In this document: positions 17,505 to 26,242 of the stretch, piece by piece
Numbering within the stretch: the first letter of the stretch is position 1
How the letters are laid out: each line of letters opens with the position of its first letter
NCBI GenBank assembly: GCA_045632325.1
Contig: JAZQWK010000335.1
Coordinates: 1-37,758, forward strand
DNA length: 37,758 nt
Direction: 5' to 3'
Source of the DNA: Eubacteriales bacterium
GTDB taxonomy: Bacteria; Bacillota; Clostridia; Oscillospirales; CAG-272
The notes under the pieces: model-generated
Told to the model about the DNA's origin: nothing
Databases searched by the model: none
Seen by the model: the letters and a program-made list of their open reading frames with translations, nothing else
Made by a program: the position numbers and the translations under genes

Positions 17505-19649
17505 ATGATGAGAATGGAACCCATTGAAAAGTGGATATGGCTGCCCAAGGACAAATATCCGACGCATCAGACCACCCGTCTGATCGTTTCTGACAAAGAG
17601 GAAACGTATGCCGTCTGCCACGTCAAAAAGTGCTTCTGCGCCAAAAAAGCCATCCGCGAGATGGACTTGCGTTTTTCCGCGGATACGCAGTTTTTGCTGT
17701 ATCTGAACGGCAAGCATCTTGCGACCGGTCCCTCCAGCATCGGCGGCGACTTTCTGTTCAATGAACGCGTCTATCCCCAGCAGTATGCAACCGAGCTGCA
17801 TCTGAGCGCAGAGGACAGTGCTGCTTTCGCCGAAGGTATTGCGGATTTCTTTGCTGTTGTCAAAATGCAGCCTGCCCGCTGGCTTGAAATTTCCCACGGT
17901 CACGGCGGCTTTTTCTTAACCGCCCATGTGACCTTTGAGGATGGCACCAAGACTGTCTATCTCACCGACGAAACGTGGGATATCCGCTATATGAGTGAAT
18001 ATTACCGTCCGGGATGCTTTGATGGAACCCATAAAAACGAGGGTTGGGTCAAGGCGGAAAACATTCCCAATATCTGGCACTGTCTGACTTCTCCTCTTGC
18101 TCCCTGTACCGAGCATGAGGTGATTCCCGAAAACAACGTCATCACTGCCGCACCCGGTGAAACCGTCTCCCGTACGATGGAGCTTGACAAGATCTACGCG
18201 GCGTATATCACCGCCAACGTCAAGACGACGGGTCCCGTCCGTGTGAAGGTCTGGGCTTCGGAAACCGGCGAGCAGGGCTCTGCAGAGAACTATCTGTTTA
18301 CGGAGGACACCTGTTACCGCGGCTTTGACATCCATTCCGCAGGCGCGCTGATGGTTGACGTTACAAACGAAGGCGACGCACCCGCAACCGTGGAAGTCGG
18401 TCTGCTTGCAACCCATTATCCCGTTTACGTCCACGCAAAGACCGTTACCTCCGATGACGATCTGAACCTCGTCACCGACGTTTGTGCGCACACGCTCAAG
18501 TATTGCCGTCAGACGCTGCACCTTGACAGCCCGCGTCACTGCGAGCCGATGGCATGCACGGGTGACTACTACATCGAAGCGATGATGACGCAGTTTACGT
18601 TCGGCGATCAGACGCTTTCCGCGTTTGACGTTCGCCGTACGGCTCAGCTTCTGCGCTACCGCGACGGCCGTATGTTCCACACGACCTATTCTCTCATCTG
18701 GGTTCAGATGCTGTGGGACGTCTATATGCTGAACGGTGACAAGACGCTGCTTTCCGATTGTGAAGATGCACTGACGATCCTGCTCGAGCGCTTTGCGACC
18801 TACGTCGGCGACAACGGCATCATCGAAAATCCGCCGGACTATATGTTCATCGACTGGCTGTATCCGGACGGCATCAATATGCACCATCCGCCCAAGGCAC
18901 TCGGTCAATCCTGCATGAATATGTACTACTACGGCGCACTGATGACCGCTGTCAAGGTCTACGAAACGATCGGTGAGACCGCAATGGCAGACATGAACAG
19001 AAAGGCGGCAGCTTCGCTTCAGAAGGCCGTCTGCGAAATCCTTTACGACAAGGAACGCGGTCTGTTCTTTGAAGGTCTGAATACGCCGACGGCGGCACAT
19101 CTGATCAACGAATGGTCGATGCCGCAGAACGTCGAGAAGCGCTATTACCGCAAGCATGCCAACGTCCTCGCCGCTTACTTCGGCATTGTCGACCGCGATA
19201 CCTGCCGCGATCTGCTGACCAAGGTCATGACCGACGAATCTCTCGGCGAGCTGCAGCCGTATTTCACGCACTTCCTGCTCGATGCCGTTTATAGAAACGG
19301 TCTGCGCGCGGAATATACCGATACGGTTCTCCGTCAGTGGGTTGCACCGTGCAAGGACTGCTCCAAGGGTCTTGCAGAAGGCTTCATCGCGCCCGAGGGC
19401 TATCACTTCGACCACAGCCACGCATGGGGCGGTACTCCTGCTTACGCACTTCCGCTGGCACTGTCGGGACTCGTTCTCCATGAACCGGGCTATGATAAGA
19501 TTTCGCTGAATCCCGACCTGCTCGGACTTGAAACTGCTCACGTGGAAATTCCCACACCGCACGGCATGATCGTCCTTGATCTGAAGCGCGGAGAAAACGG
19601 CGAAACGGTCGCTGAAACCGTCATTCCCGCAGGCATTGAAGTTATTTAA
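17505..19649 (+). CDS. GH78-like (alpha-L-rhamnosidase-related) six-hairpin glycosidase, divergent, cytoplasmic
   Basis: RBS AAGGAG and no signal peptide. The C-terminal half has HSHAWGGTPAYALP and a degenerate version of the GH78 box (LDSPRHCEPMACTGDYY). Confidence 0.7.
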   Translation: MMRMEPIEKWIWLPKDKYPTHQTTRLIVSDKEETYAVCHVKKCFCAKKAIREMDLRFSADTQFLLYLNGKHLATGPSSIGGDFLFNERVYPQQYATELHLSAEDSAAFAEGIADFFAVVKMQPARWLEISHGHGGFFLTAHVTFEDGTKTVYLTDETWDIRYMSEYYRPGCFDGTHKNEGWVKAENIPNIWHCLTSPLAPCTEHEVIPENNVITAAPGETVSRTMELDKIYAAYITANVKTTGPVRVKVWASETGEQGSAENYLFTEDTCYRGFDIHSAGALMVDVTNEGDAPATVEVGLLATHYPVYVHAKTVTSDDDLNLVTDVCAHTLKYCRQTLHLDSPRHCEPMACTGDYYIEAMMTQFTFGDQTLSAFDVRRTAQLLRYRDGRMFHTTYSLIWVQMLWDVYMLNGDKTLLSDCEDALTILLERFATYVGDNGIIENPPDYMFIDWLYPDGINMHHPPKALGQSCMNMYYYGALMTAVKVYETIGETAMADMNRKAAASLQKAVCEILYDKERGLFFEGLNTPTAAHLINEWSMPQNVEKRYYRKHANVLAAYFGIVDRDTCRDLLTKVMTDESLGELQPYFTHFLLDAVYRNGLRAEYTDTVLRQWVAPCKDCSKGLAEGFIAPEGYHFDHSHAWGGTPAYALPLALSGLVLHEPGYDKISLNPDLLGLETAHVEIPTPHGMIVLDLKRGENGETVAETVIPAGIEVI

Positions 19650-19673
19650 CAATCAATGAAAAGGAGAGACTGT

Positions 19674-20621
19674 ATGAAATCCCGTATCTCTGTTTTGTTC
19701 CTTACCGTGCTTCTGTTGATCTCGTTTGTGATGCCGATCTCTGCCGCACGTCCCGGTGATGTTGCGGGAAAATACTACAGCACGGACATTGTCACGACGC
19801 TGAACGGTGCGGAAATCGACGCGATCAATATCGGCGGTCAGACGCTGATCTCAGCAGAAGATATGCGGTATTTCAGTCACTCCGTGGTATGGTCTGCCGT
19901 TGACCGCACCCTGCACATTACGGAAATGACCGGTGAGGTCAAAAATCCGCCCAAGGTCAGCCGCAATACCAAGCCGTCAGGTTCTGTGCTCGGCAATTAT
20001 TACGTCACTGACATTGTGACGTATCTGGAAGGTACGCCGATTACGGCATACAACATTGGCGGCAGAACCTATATCCATGCCGAGGCGATGCGCGATTTCG
20101 GCTATATCGTCAACTGGTTTGGGAATACTCGCCGACTGGAAATCACCAGCCCGAAGCCGGCAGGCTATGTATACAGCATTCCGCTGACACAGGGTGCGGA
20201 AAAGCAGGAAGGCGACGCGGCGATCGGTATGTTTTCCGTTACCATGACAAAAGGCGGCATCAGAACCACGGGAGATGCGGACTTTTTCGATCTTTCCGTG
20301 CGGTCTGACGGCGGCGGATATACCTTCACGATGGCATTTTACCAGTATTCCGGTCTCTTTTACTCCGGCGCACTGTTTCATCTGCTCGATCCGCTGGTCA
20401 GCCAAAGCTACGACGGCTCCGTTTCGCGCAATCCTGCATCCCTTTATGACAAAATCGGTGACGTTCTGACCGTCACGGTCAACGGACACCGCGCAGAGGA
20501 GATTGTCATCAGCACAGGTGCGGGCAACGGTCACCGCGATTATGTTATTGAGGTCAAGGGACTTCCCCATCTGACAGAAGCACAGATCAAAGAGATTACA
20601 ATCACACTTATCGAACCTTGA
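19674..20621 (+). CDS. secreted protein with two tandem ~55-aa repeats, function unknown
   Basis: AAAAGGAGAG lies 5 nt before ATG 19674. The signal peptide is MKSRISVLFLTVLLLISFVMPISA-AR. Repeat 1 is GKYYSTDIVTTLNGAEIDAINIGGQTLISAEDMRYF. Repeat 2 is GNYYVTDIVTYLEGTPITAYNIGGRTYIHAEAMRDF. Confidence 0.75.
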   Translation: MKSRISVLFLTVLLLISFVMPISAARPGDVAGKYYSTDIVTTLNGAEIDAINIGGQTLISAEDMRYFSHSVVWSAVDRTLHITEMTGEVKNPPKVSRNTKPSGSVLGNYYVTDIVTYLEGTPITAYNIGGRTYIHAEAMRDFGYIVNWFGNTRRLEITSPKPAGYVYSIPLTQGAEKQEGDAAIGMFSVTMTKGGIRTTGDADFFDLSVRSDGGGYTFTMAFYQYSGLFYSGALFHLLDPLVSQSYDGSVSRNPASLYDKIGDVLTVTVNGHRAEEIVISTGAGNGHRDYVIEVKGLPHLTEAQIKEITITLIEP

Positions 20622-20636
20622 TAAAAGGAGAACATC

Positions 20637-22538
20637 ATGTCACGCTGGCAAATCATCAGAAACGGTCATGCCGTTGCCTGGGACGTTACCCCAGGGGATC
20701 TGCATACCGACGATATTGAAATGGCGGGCTTCGGATGCGCACAGGTCGTCCGTTACGGTATGACGGAGGTTGGCTTCGTGTTGGAGCACCATCCCGTCTT
20801 CCCGACCCTGCGTACCCGTCCCAACAATACCCACGCCTCTTATCAGATGGCAATTCCCGCAGACTGTCTGCCCAAGCTGCTTGCAGGCGGTGCACCGATT
20901 GCTGAAACCCTTCTGCGCGCGGAACTGGACGGCACGCTGACCCTGTTTACCGCGGCAAACGGCGGTGCGCTTCGTCTGAACCATCAATGCTTTCCGTCCT
21001 CTGACAAGCGTTTGTGCTTTGAGCGTGTCACCGTGGAAAACACATCCGACACGCCCGTCACGCTCGACGTTACCGCACCCGATCCCTGTCTCGGACGCGA
21101 TATGGGACCGATGGGTATCAATCTCATCGAATATACCACCGATTTTGCACCGATCACGCTGGATGCAGGTGCGAAGTATACCTATTCCATCGCGATTTCC
21201 GGTCGTGTCGCACATGAGCCGATTCCCGCAGAAAATGCAGACGATGCACTGCGCAAGCGCCGCGAAACGGTACGCCGTCTGACCGAGCCGATGCAGCTCG
21301 ACACCGGCAATGACGTGCTTGACACGATGTTCCGTTTTGCAAAGCTCCGTGCCGGTGAGAGCATTTTCGATACCCGTTTCGGTTACGGCAAGCTTCACGC
21401 ACCGGGTGGCTTCAGCTATTACGCCGCAACGTGGTGCAACGACCAGGTCGAATACGCGGGTCCTTACTTTGCGTACACGGGCGATCCCGTGCTGCTTGAT
21501 GCCGCCATGAACGCGTACCGTATGTACATTCCGTTCATGTGTGACGCGTATCTGCCGATTCCGTCCTCCGTCATCGCGGAAGGCGTTGACTACTGGAACG
21601 GTGCCGGTGACCGAGGCGATGCTGCGATGTATCTCTACGGTGCATCCCGTTACGCGCTGACGACGGGCGACCGAACCGTTGCGGAAGAACTGCTTCCCGC
21701 AATCGAATGGTGTGCGGAATACTGTGAGCGCAAGAAGAACGCCGCAGGTGTCATTGCGTCTGATTCCGACGAGCTGGAAGGTCGTTTCCCGGCAGGGGAA
21801 GCCAATCTCTGTACCTCCACGCTCACCTATGCCGGTCTGCTCGGACTTGCCGCTTTGGAGCGTGCGTTTGGATACGAAGAAAAGGCAGAACTGTTTGAAG
21901 AACGTGCGGCAAAGCTGGCATCTGCCATCGAAGCGCATTTCGGTCACGATCTGCACGGCATGGCGACCTATCGCTATTATGACGGATGCGAAAAGCTCCG
22001 CTCGTGGATCTGCATGCCGCTATGTGTCGGTCTTTACGGTCGCACCCGCGGTACGGTTGATGCGCTCTGCTCGGAATATCTGATGAAGCCCGACGGATTC
22101 TTGACGGAGGAGGGCAGTGTCACGATCTGGGACCGCTCGACCTTGTATACCTTGCGCGGTATCTTTGCGGCAGGGGAAACGGAAACGGCGCTTGATCTGC
22201 TTCTGCGCTACTCGAACAACCGTCTGCTCGGCGAGCGTGTTCCGTATGCCGTTGAGGCATATCCCGAGGGCGGACGCAGACAGCTGTCGGGTGAATCGGC
22301 GCTGTACTGCAAGGTCATCACGGAAGGTCTTCTGTGCATGATCCCCACAGGTCTTCATTCCTTTACGATCAAGCCGACGCTGCCCAAAGCACTTGATCAT
22401 CTGTATCTGAAAAATATCGTCGCCCACGGTGCGGTATTTGACGTCCTTTTGGAGCGTGACGGCTGGCGTGTTGTTCGCGCGGACGGCACCGAACTCGGAC
22501 GCGGCGCAAACGGCACGATGGCGGAAATCCACGTCTGA
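20637..22538 (+). CDS. (alpha/alpha)6 six-hairpin glycosidase-like protein, family not recognised, cytoplasmic
   Basis: RBS AAAGGAG and 633 aa. It has an N-terminal beta-rich region followed by helical-repeat sequence (YYAATWCNDQVEYAGPYF, AAMYLYGASRYALTTGD, LYCKVITEGL). Function is inferred. Confidence 0.65.
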   Translation: MSRWQIIRNGHAVAWDVTPGDLHTDDIEMAGFGCAQVVRYGMTEVGFVLEHHPVFPTLRTRPNNTHASYQMAIPADCLPKLLAGGAPIAETLLRAELDGTLTLFTAANGGALRLNHQCFPSSDKRLCFERVTVENTSDTPVTLDVTAPDPCLGRDMGPMGINLIEYTTDFAPITLDAGAKYTYSIAISGRVAHEPIPAENADDALRKRRETVRRLTEPMQLDTGNDVLDTMFRFAKLRAGESIFDTRFGYGKLHAPGGFSYYAATWCNDQVEYAGPYFAYTGDPVLLDAAMNAYRMYIPFMCDAYLPIPSSVIAEGVDYWNGAGDRGDAAMYLYGASRYALTTGDRTVAEELLPAIEWCAEYCERKKNAAGVIASDSDELEGRFPAGEANLCTSTLTYAGLLGLAALERAFGYEEKAELFEERAAKLASAIEAHFGHDLHGMATYRYYDGCEKLRSWICMPLCVGLYGRTRGTVDALCSEYLMKPDGFLTEEGSVTIWDRSTLYTLRGIFAAGETETALDLLLRYSNNRLLGERVPYAVEAYPEGGRRQLSGESALYCKVITEGLLCMIPTGLHSFTIKPTLPKALDHLYLKNIVAHGAVFDVLLERDGWRVVRADGTELGRGANGTMAEIHV

Positions 22539-22571
22539 CCAATATTACGTATTTCACTCGGAGAAGAAACC

Positions 22572-23321
22572 TTGATACAATCGACTCAACTTGGTGAATC
22601 ACCAAGACAACAATTCCTGCGCGGTCTGCGGGATGGCGTACCGATCGGACTCGGATATCTGTCCGTATCGTTTGCGTTCGGCATCACCGCAGTATCGCGC
22701 GGTGTTCCCGGATGGATCGCTCTTTTGATCTCCATGACCAATCTGACCTCGGCGGGACAGCTGGCGGGACTCGATCTGATGGTACTCGGCTGTGCCATGG
22801 GCGAGATGATTCTGACGCAGTGCGTCATCAATATGCGTTATGCGCTCATGAGCGTGTCGCTTTCACAAAAGATCGACGGCACCGTCCGTCTGCGTGACCG
22901 CTTTTTGATCGCCTTCGGCAACACCGACGAGGTCTTTGCCGTGGCGTCGGGACAGCCGGGCAAGGTCGGACGGTATTACCTGTTCGGTCTGATCGTCGCG
23001 CCGTATATCGGCTGGTCCTCGGGCACCTTGCTTGGGACCGTCGCGTCGGGAATCCTTCCCGCATCGGTTATGGCGGCGCTCGGTATTGCCATCTACGGCA
23101 TGTTCGTTGCCATCGTCATTCCGCCTGCGAAGAAAAGCCGTGCGGTGGCGCTGGTGCTCGGCGGTGCGGTGGCACTTGCCTGTGCGTTCCGCTATATTCC
23201 CATTCTGTCCGGTGTTTCCGGCGGATTTGTCATTATCATCTGTGCGGTCATTGCGGCATCCCTCGGGGCTGTGTTCGCGCCGATCCCCGATGATGACGGA
23301 GAGGAGGCGGAATCCATATGA
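22572..23321 (+). CDS. azlC: AzlC-family branched-chain amino acid exporter subunit
   Basis: TTG start 5 nt after GGAGAAG, with no in-frame ATG near the N-terminus. Motifs PIGLGYLSVSFAFG and LTSAGQLAGL, and the protein is polytopic. Confidence 0.8.
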   Translation: MIQSTQLGESPRQQFLRGLRDGVPIGLGYLSVSFAFGITAVSRGVPGWIALLISMTNLTSAGQLAGLDLMVLGCAMGEMILTQCVINMRYALMSVSLSQKIDGTVRLRDRFLIAFGNTDEVFAVASGQPGKVGRYYLFGLIVAPYIGWSSGTLLGTVASGILPASVMAALGIAIYGMFVAIVIPPAKKSRAVALVLGGAVALACAFRYIPILSGVSGGFVIIICAVIAASLGAVFAPIPDDDGEEAESI

Positions 23322-23641
23322 CGACCACGATCCCGATGCTCTTGTTATATACCTTCGTGATGGCGGCGGTGACGTATCTCATCCGTATGCTTCCGTTCGT
23401 CGTGTTCCGCAAACCCATCAAAAACCGCTTCATTAAGTCCTTTCTGTACTACGTTCCCTATGCAGTACTGGGCGCGATGACGTTCCCCGCGATTCTGTAC
23501 TCGACGTCAAATCTTATTTCCGCCGCCGTCGGTCTGGCGGTTTCCGTCGTTCTTGCATGGTTCGGCAGAGGACTGCTGACCGTTGCGGTCTCGGCGTGTA
23601 TCGCCGTGTATCTGACGGAATGGGTGATGGTGCTGTTGTGA
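23318..23641 (+). CDS. azlD: AzlD-family small membrane subunit
   Basis: ATGA overlap with the azlC stop. The protein is 107 aa with 3-4 hydrophobic helices (YLIRMLPFVVF). Confidence 0.8.
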   Translation: MTTTIPMLLLYTFVMAAVTYLIRMLPFVVFRKPIKNRFIKSFLYYVPYAVLGAMTFPAILYSTSNLISAAVGLAVSVVLAWFGRGLLTVAVSACIAVYLTEWVMVLL

Positions 23642-23656
23642 ACCGAACTTAACAAA

Positions 23657-23701
23657 ATGACACCCCGTGACAGCGTTTCATCGCCGATCACGGGGTGTCA
23701 T
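23657..23701. terminator. bidirectional terminator between azlD and cysK
   Basis: ATGACACCCCGTGA (23657-23670) pairs with TCACGGGGTGTCAT (23688-23701), giving a 14-bp stem. Confidence 0.7.
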
Positions 23702-23705
23702 CATA

Positions 23706-24632
23706 TTATTCAAACAAGGGTGTGGAGAAATAGCGTTCTGCCGTATCGGGAAGGACGGTCACGACCGTTTTGCCTTTGCCCAGTACTTTCGCCAGCTTCA
23801 TTGCCGCAGCAACGTTGGTGCCGCTGGAAATACCGCAGAGAATACCTTCCTTGAGTGCCAGGTCTTTGGATACCTGCAATGCTTCTTCGTCCTTGACAAT
23901 GCAGATGTCGTTATAGATGTTCGTGTTCAGGATCGCGGGAATGACACCGTCGCCGATACCCATCTGCACATGCGTACCGATGGAGCCGCCGGAGAGGATC
24001 GCGGCGTTTTCCGGCTCAACTGCCCAGACGGTCATATCGGGATTTGCAGCCTTGAGCGCTTCGCCGATACCGGTGATCGTACCGCCCGTACCGATGCCGG
24101 AGCAGAAGCCGTCGATCGGACCGTCGACATCCTCCAGAATTTCCTGTGCCGTCTGACTGCGCTGGATGGCGGAGTTCGCGGGGTTTTCAAACTGCTGGGG
24201 AACAAAGACATTCGGGTCTTCTTCCTTCATGCGCAGTGCGGTATTCAGACATTCCTCAATGCAGGCACCGATGTTGCCCGCGTCGTGAATCAGAATGACC
24301 TCTGCACCGTAATGCTCGACGAGAAGTCTTCGCTCCACGGAAACGGAGTCGGGCATGATGATCTTCGTTTGATAACCGCGAACCGCACCGACGAGCGCCA
24401 GACCGATGCCCTGATTGCCGGAGGTCGGTTCAACGATGATCGTATCGGGACCGATCAAACCTCTTTCCTCCGCATCGCGGATCATATTGAATGCCGTGCG
24501 GGTCTTGATAGAACCGCCGACGTTAAGTCCTTCAAATTTGACGAGAATTTCCGCCGCGTCGGGATCACAGAGACGCTGAAGACGAATCATGGGCGTGTGT
24601 CCCATGGCTTCGAGAATGGTATTGTAAATCAT
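23706..24632 (-). CDS. cysK: cysteine synthase A (O-acetylserine sulfhydrylase), PLP-dependent
   Basis: MIYNTILEAMGHTPMIRL..KFEGLNVGGSIKTRTAFNMI carries the PLP lysine region. Other matches are PTSGNQGIGLA and GIGTGGTITG. Confidence 0.9.
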   Translation of the reverse strand: MIYNTILEAMGHTPMIRLQRLCDPDAAEILVKFEGLNVGGSIKTRTAFNMIRDAEERGLIGPDTIIVEPTSGNQGIGLALVGAVRGYQTKIIMPDSVSVERRLLVEHYGAEVILIHDAGNIGACIEECLNTALRMKEEDPNVFVPQQFENPANSAIQRSQTAQEILEDVDGPIDGFCSGIGTGGTITGIGEALKAANPDMTVWAVEPENAAILSGGSIGTHVQMGIGDGVIPAILNTNIYNDICIVKDEEALQVSKDLALKEGILCGISSGTNVAAAMKLAKVLGKGKTVVTVLPDTAERYFSTPLFE

Positions 24633-24672
24633 TGCGTGCTTTCCTTTGCTAACAAGCTGAAATAGATACTAT

Positions 24673-24701
24673 ATTTTACCACAGAACCGCACGCATTGCA
24701 A
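24673..24701 (-). promoter_or_regulatory. candidate promoter for cysK
   Basis: On the minus strand: TTGCAA (24701-24696), a 17-nt spacer, then TAAAAT (24678-24673). Confidence 0.5.
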
Positions 24702-24728
24702 GACTTTTCGGGAAATTCGCCGAGGGAA

Positions 24729-25013
24729 TTACAGTTTTATCGTCACGCACGCATCCGGCGAGTCCACTTCCACCATCTTCCATCCGGGAATACGGAAGCG
24801 TGTGATCCAATACGCGATAATCAGCCGATGAAACATCCAAAAACAGTTCCATGGGGAAATCGGCAGTGATTTGATCCATTTTGCGCCGCAGATCCGTGCA
24901 ATCAGCAGAACCACAAGTCCGATGATTGCCGTAATGTGATTGAATATCAGCACAGAGGGGAACAGAATGGGAATCGGAAAACGGAATTCCTCGGGTTTTA
25001 CGATGATGCGCAT
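24729..25013 (-). CDS. small membrane protein (94 aa), unknown function
   Basis: The start MRIIVKPEEF at 25013 lies 1 nt after the XRE stop (25015-25017). It has two hydrophobic segments (PIPILFPSVLIFNHITAIIGLVVLLIA and CFWMFHRLIIAYWI). Confidence 0.55.
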   Translation of the reverse strand: MRIIVKPEEFRFPIPILFPSVLIFNHITAIIGLVVLLIARICGAKWIKSLPISPWNCFWMFHRLIIAYWITRFRIPGWKMVEVDSPDACVTIKL

Positions 25014-25014
25014 C

Positions 25015-25527
25015 TTACTCCACCGTGATTTCGACATAATCACCGTCGGCATCCTGTACCTCGACCAGCTTCCCGATCACACCCTGTTCCACCAAAAGCA
25101 TGATCTGACTCCAGTCGATGTTTCCGATGACCTCATTGTGCATCTGCATCTGTAGCTGCGGAATCGCCATTCCCGATTCCAGACAGATTTTGATCAGCGC
25201 AAGCGGCAGATTGACACGGACGATATCACCGTCTGCGGAATTGACCTTGATGCGAAGCATCATCTGATGGAAGCTCTTGCGCTCCTCGGGTGATGCAATG
25301 CGGGCATCCGGGACGGATTCTTCTCCTTTGAGCAGAATGTCGGTCGTCACACCGTACAGCTCACTGATCTGCGGCAGAAGCATGATATCGGGACAGGACT
25401 GATCATTCTCCCATTTGGAAACCGCCTGCGGGGAAACATTCAGCCGTTCCGCAGCTTCGTCCTGTGTCATGTTCTTTGCTTTGCGCAATCTCTGTAACCG
25501 TGCACCAAGTGTTTCATTTGTCATCAT
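25015..25527 (-). CDS. XRE-family HTH regulator with an uncharacterised C-terminal domain
   Basis: AGGAG lies 9 nt upstream of ATGATG at 25527. The HTH is LGARLQRLRKAKNMTQDEAAERLNVSPQAVSKWEN. The C-terminal ~90 aa are beta-rich (MLRIKVNSADGDIVRVNLPL..VEVQDADGDYVEITVE). Confidence 0.85.
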   Translation of the reverse strand: MMTNETLGARLQRLRKAKNMTQDEAAERLNVSPQAVSKWENDQSCPDIMLLPQISELYGVTTDILLKGEESVPDARIASPEERKSFHQMMLRIKVNSADGDIVRVNLPLALIKICLESGMAIPQLQMQMHNEVIGNIDWSQIMLLVEQGVIGKLVEVQDADGDYVEITVE

Positions 25528-25705
25528 ATTCAAACGCTCCTGTATTGTATGGATTCGGCAGTGATGTTCCGCCGTTGACAGTATCATACCATATCTCAAA
25601 GAATTTCGGAATGGAACAGGTGTGGATTTCGCTCAACCAAACGTGGATTTTTCCCGCAACCGGCGGTTGATGTTCCGAAAAACCGATATGTTACTCCACC
25701 TACGG

Positions 25706-26239
25706 TTATTTTAGGGAGATTCCCAGACACAATATCGGCAACGGAGTACGGATGGCGCGCAGAGCATCTCCCATCGATGAAAAATACCGTCCGCGCAGAT
25801 AGCCGAGATTGGTGACGATATACCCGTGTTCCGTGTGATGCAGCTCTACCGTGTGGATCCCATGAAAACGCGGATTCCAATATGCATACAGAACGACATT
25901 CTCTGTCACTGTATCAAAATCCCGTTTACGATATCTCCGATACGCTATCCCGTACCTGCGGCAGAACGGAATCAGCGCACGCGGTCTTGTCCCCCAAAGC
26001 CCGAACAGCCAAAGTCCGATCTCCGAGCAGACCGCTGTCACTTCAAAAAAGGAAGCGGTGATACCGAGCGATAGCAGCGCATGATAACAGGCGATGACTT
26101 CACATCCGTTATAGTCCATGGTTTTCCAGCCGTATCTCATGTGTCGGACAGGCTCGTCGTTCTGGGAGCGGATATAGCCGTCAATGCGGAATCCTTCATT
26201 ATGGGTGCGATTTCGACGGGCAAAATAACGTCCGAGCAT
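25706..26239 (-). CDS. hypothetical protein, possible papain-fold (C39-like) cysteine peptidase/amidase
   Basis: GGGGAGG lies 8 nt upstream. There is no signal peptide. DYNGCEVIACYHALLSLG resembles the nucleophile-Cys helix of C39-like peptidases, and a later HGIHTVELHHTEHGYIVTN could supply the His and Asn/Asp. Assignment is by eye only. Confidence 0.5.
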   Translation of the reverse strand: MLGRYFARRNRTHNEGFRIDGYIRSQNDEPVRHMRYGWKTMDYNGCEVIACYHALLSLGITASFFEVTAVCSEIGLWLFGLWGTRPRALIPFCRRYGIAYRRYRKRDFDTVTENVVLYAYWNPRFHGIHTVELHHTEHGYIVTNLGYLRGRYFSSMGDALRAIRTPLPILCLGISLK

Positions 26240-26242
26240 CGG

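Noticed and set aside
17916-19652. 578-aa ORF antisense to the GH78-like gene, and 20640-21956 antisense to the six-hairpin gene
   Set aside because: Both are shadow frames opposite genes with RBSs and operon-consistent spacing. Their composition is R/V/C/H-rich.
23667-24665. 332-aa plus-strand ORF overlapping cysK
   Set aside because: cysK on the minus strand is unambiguous (PLP-lysine region and the GTGGT loop). The plus frame begins inside the azlD/cysK terminator.
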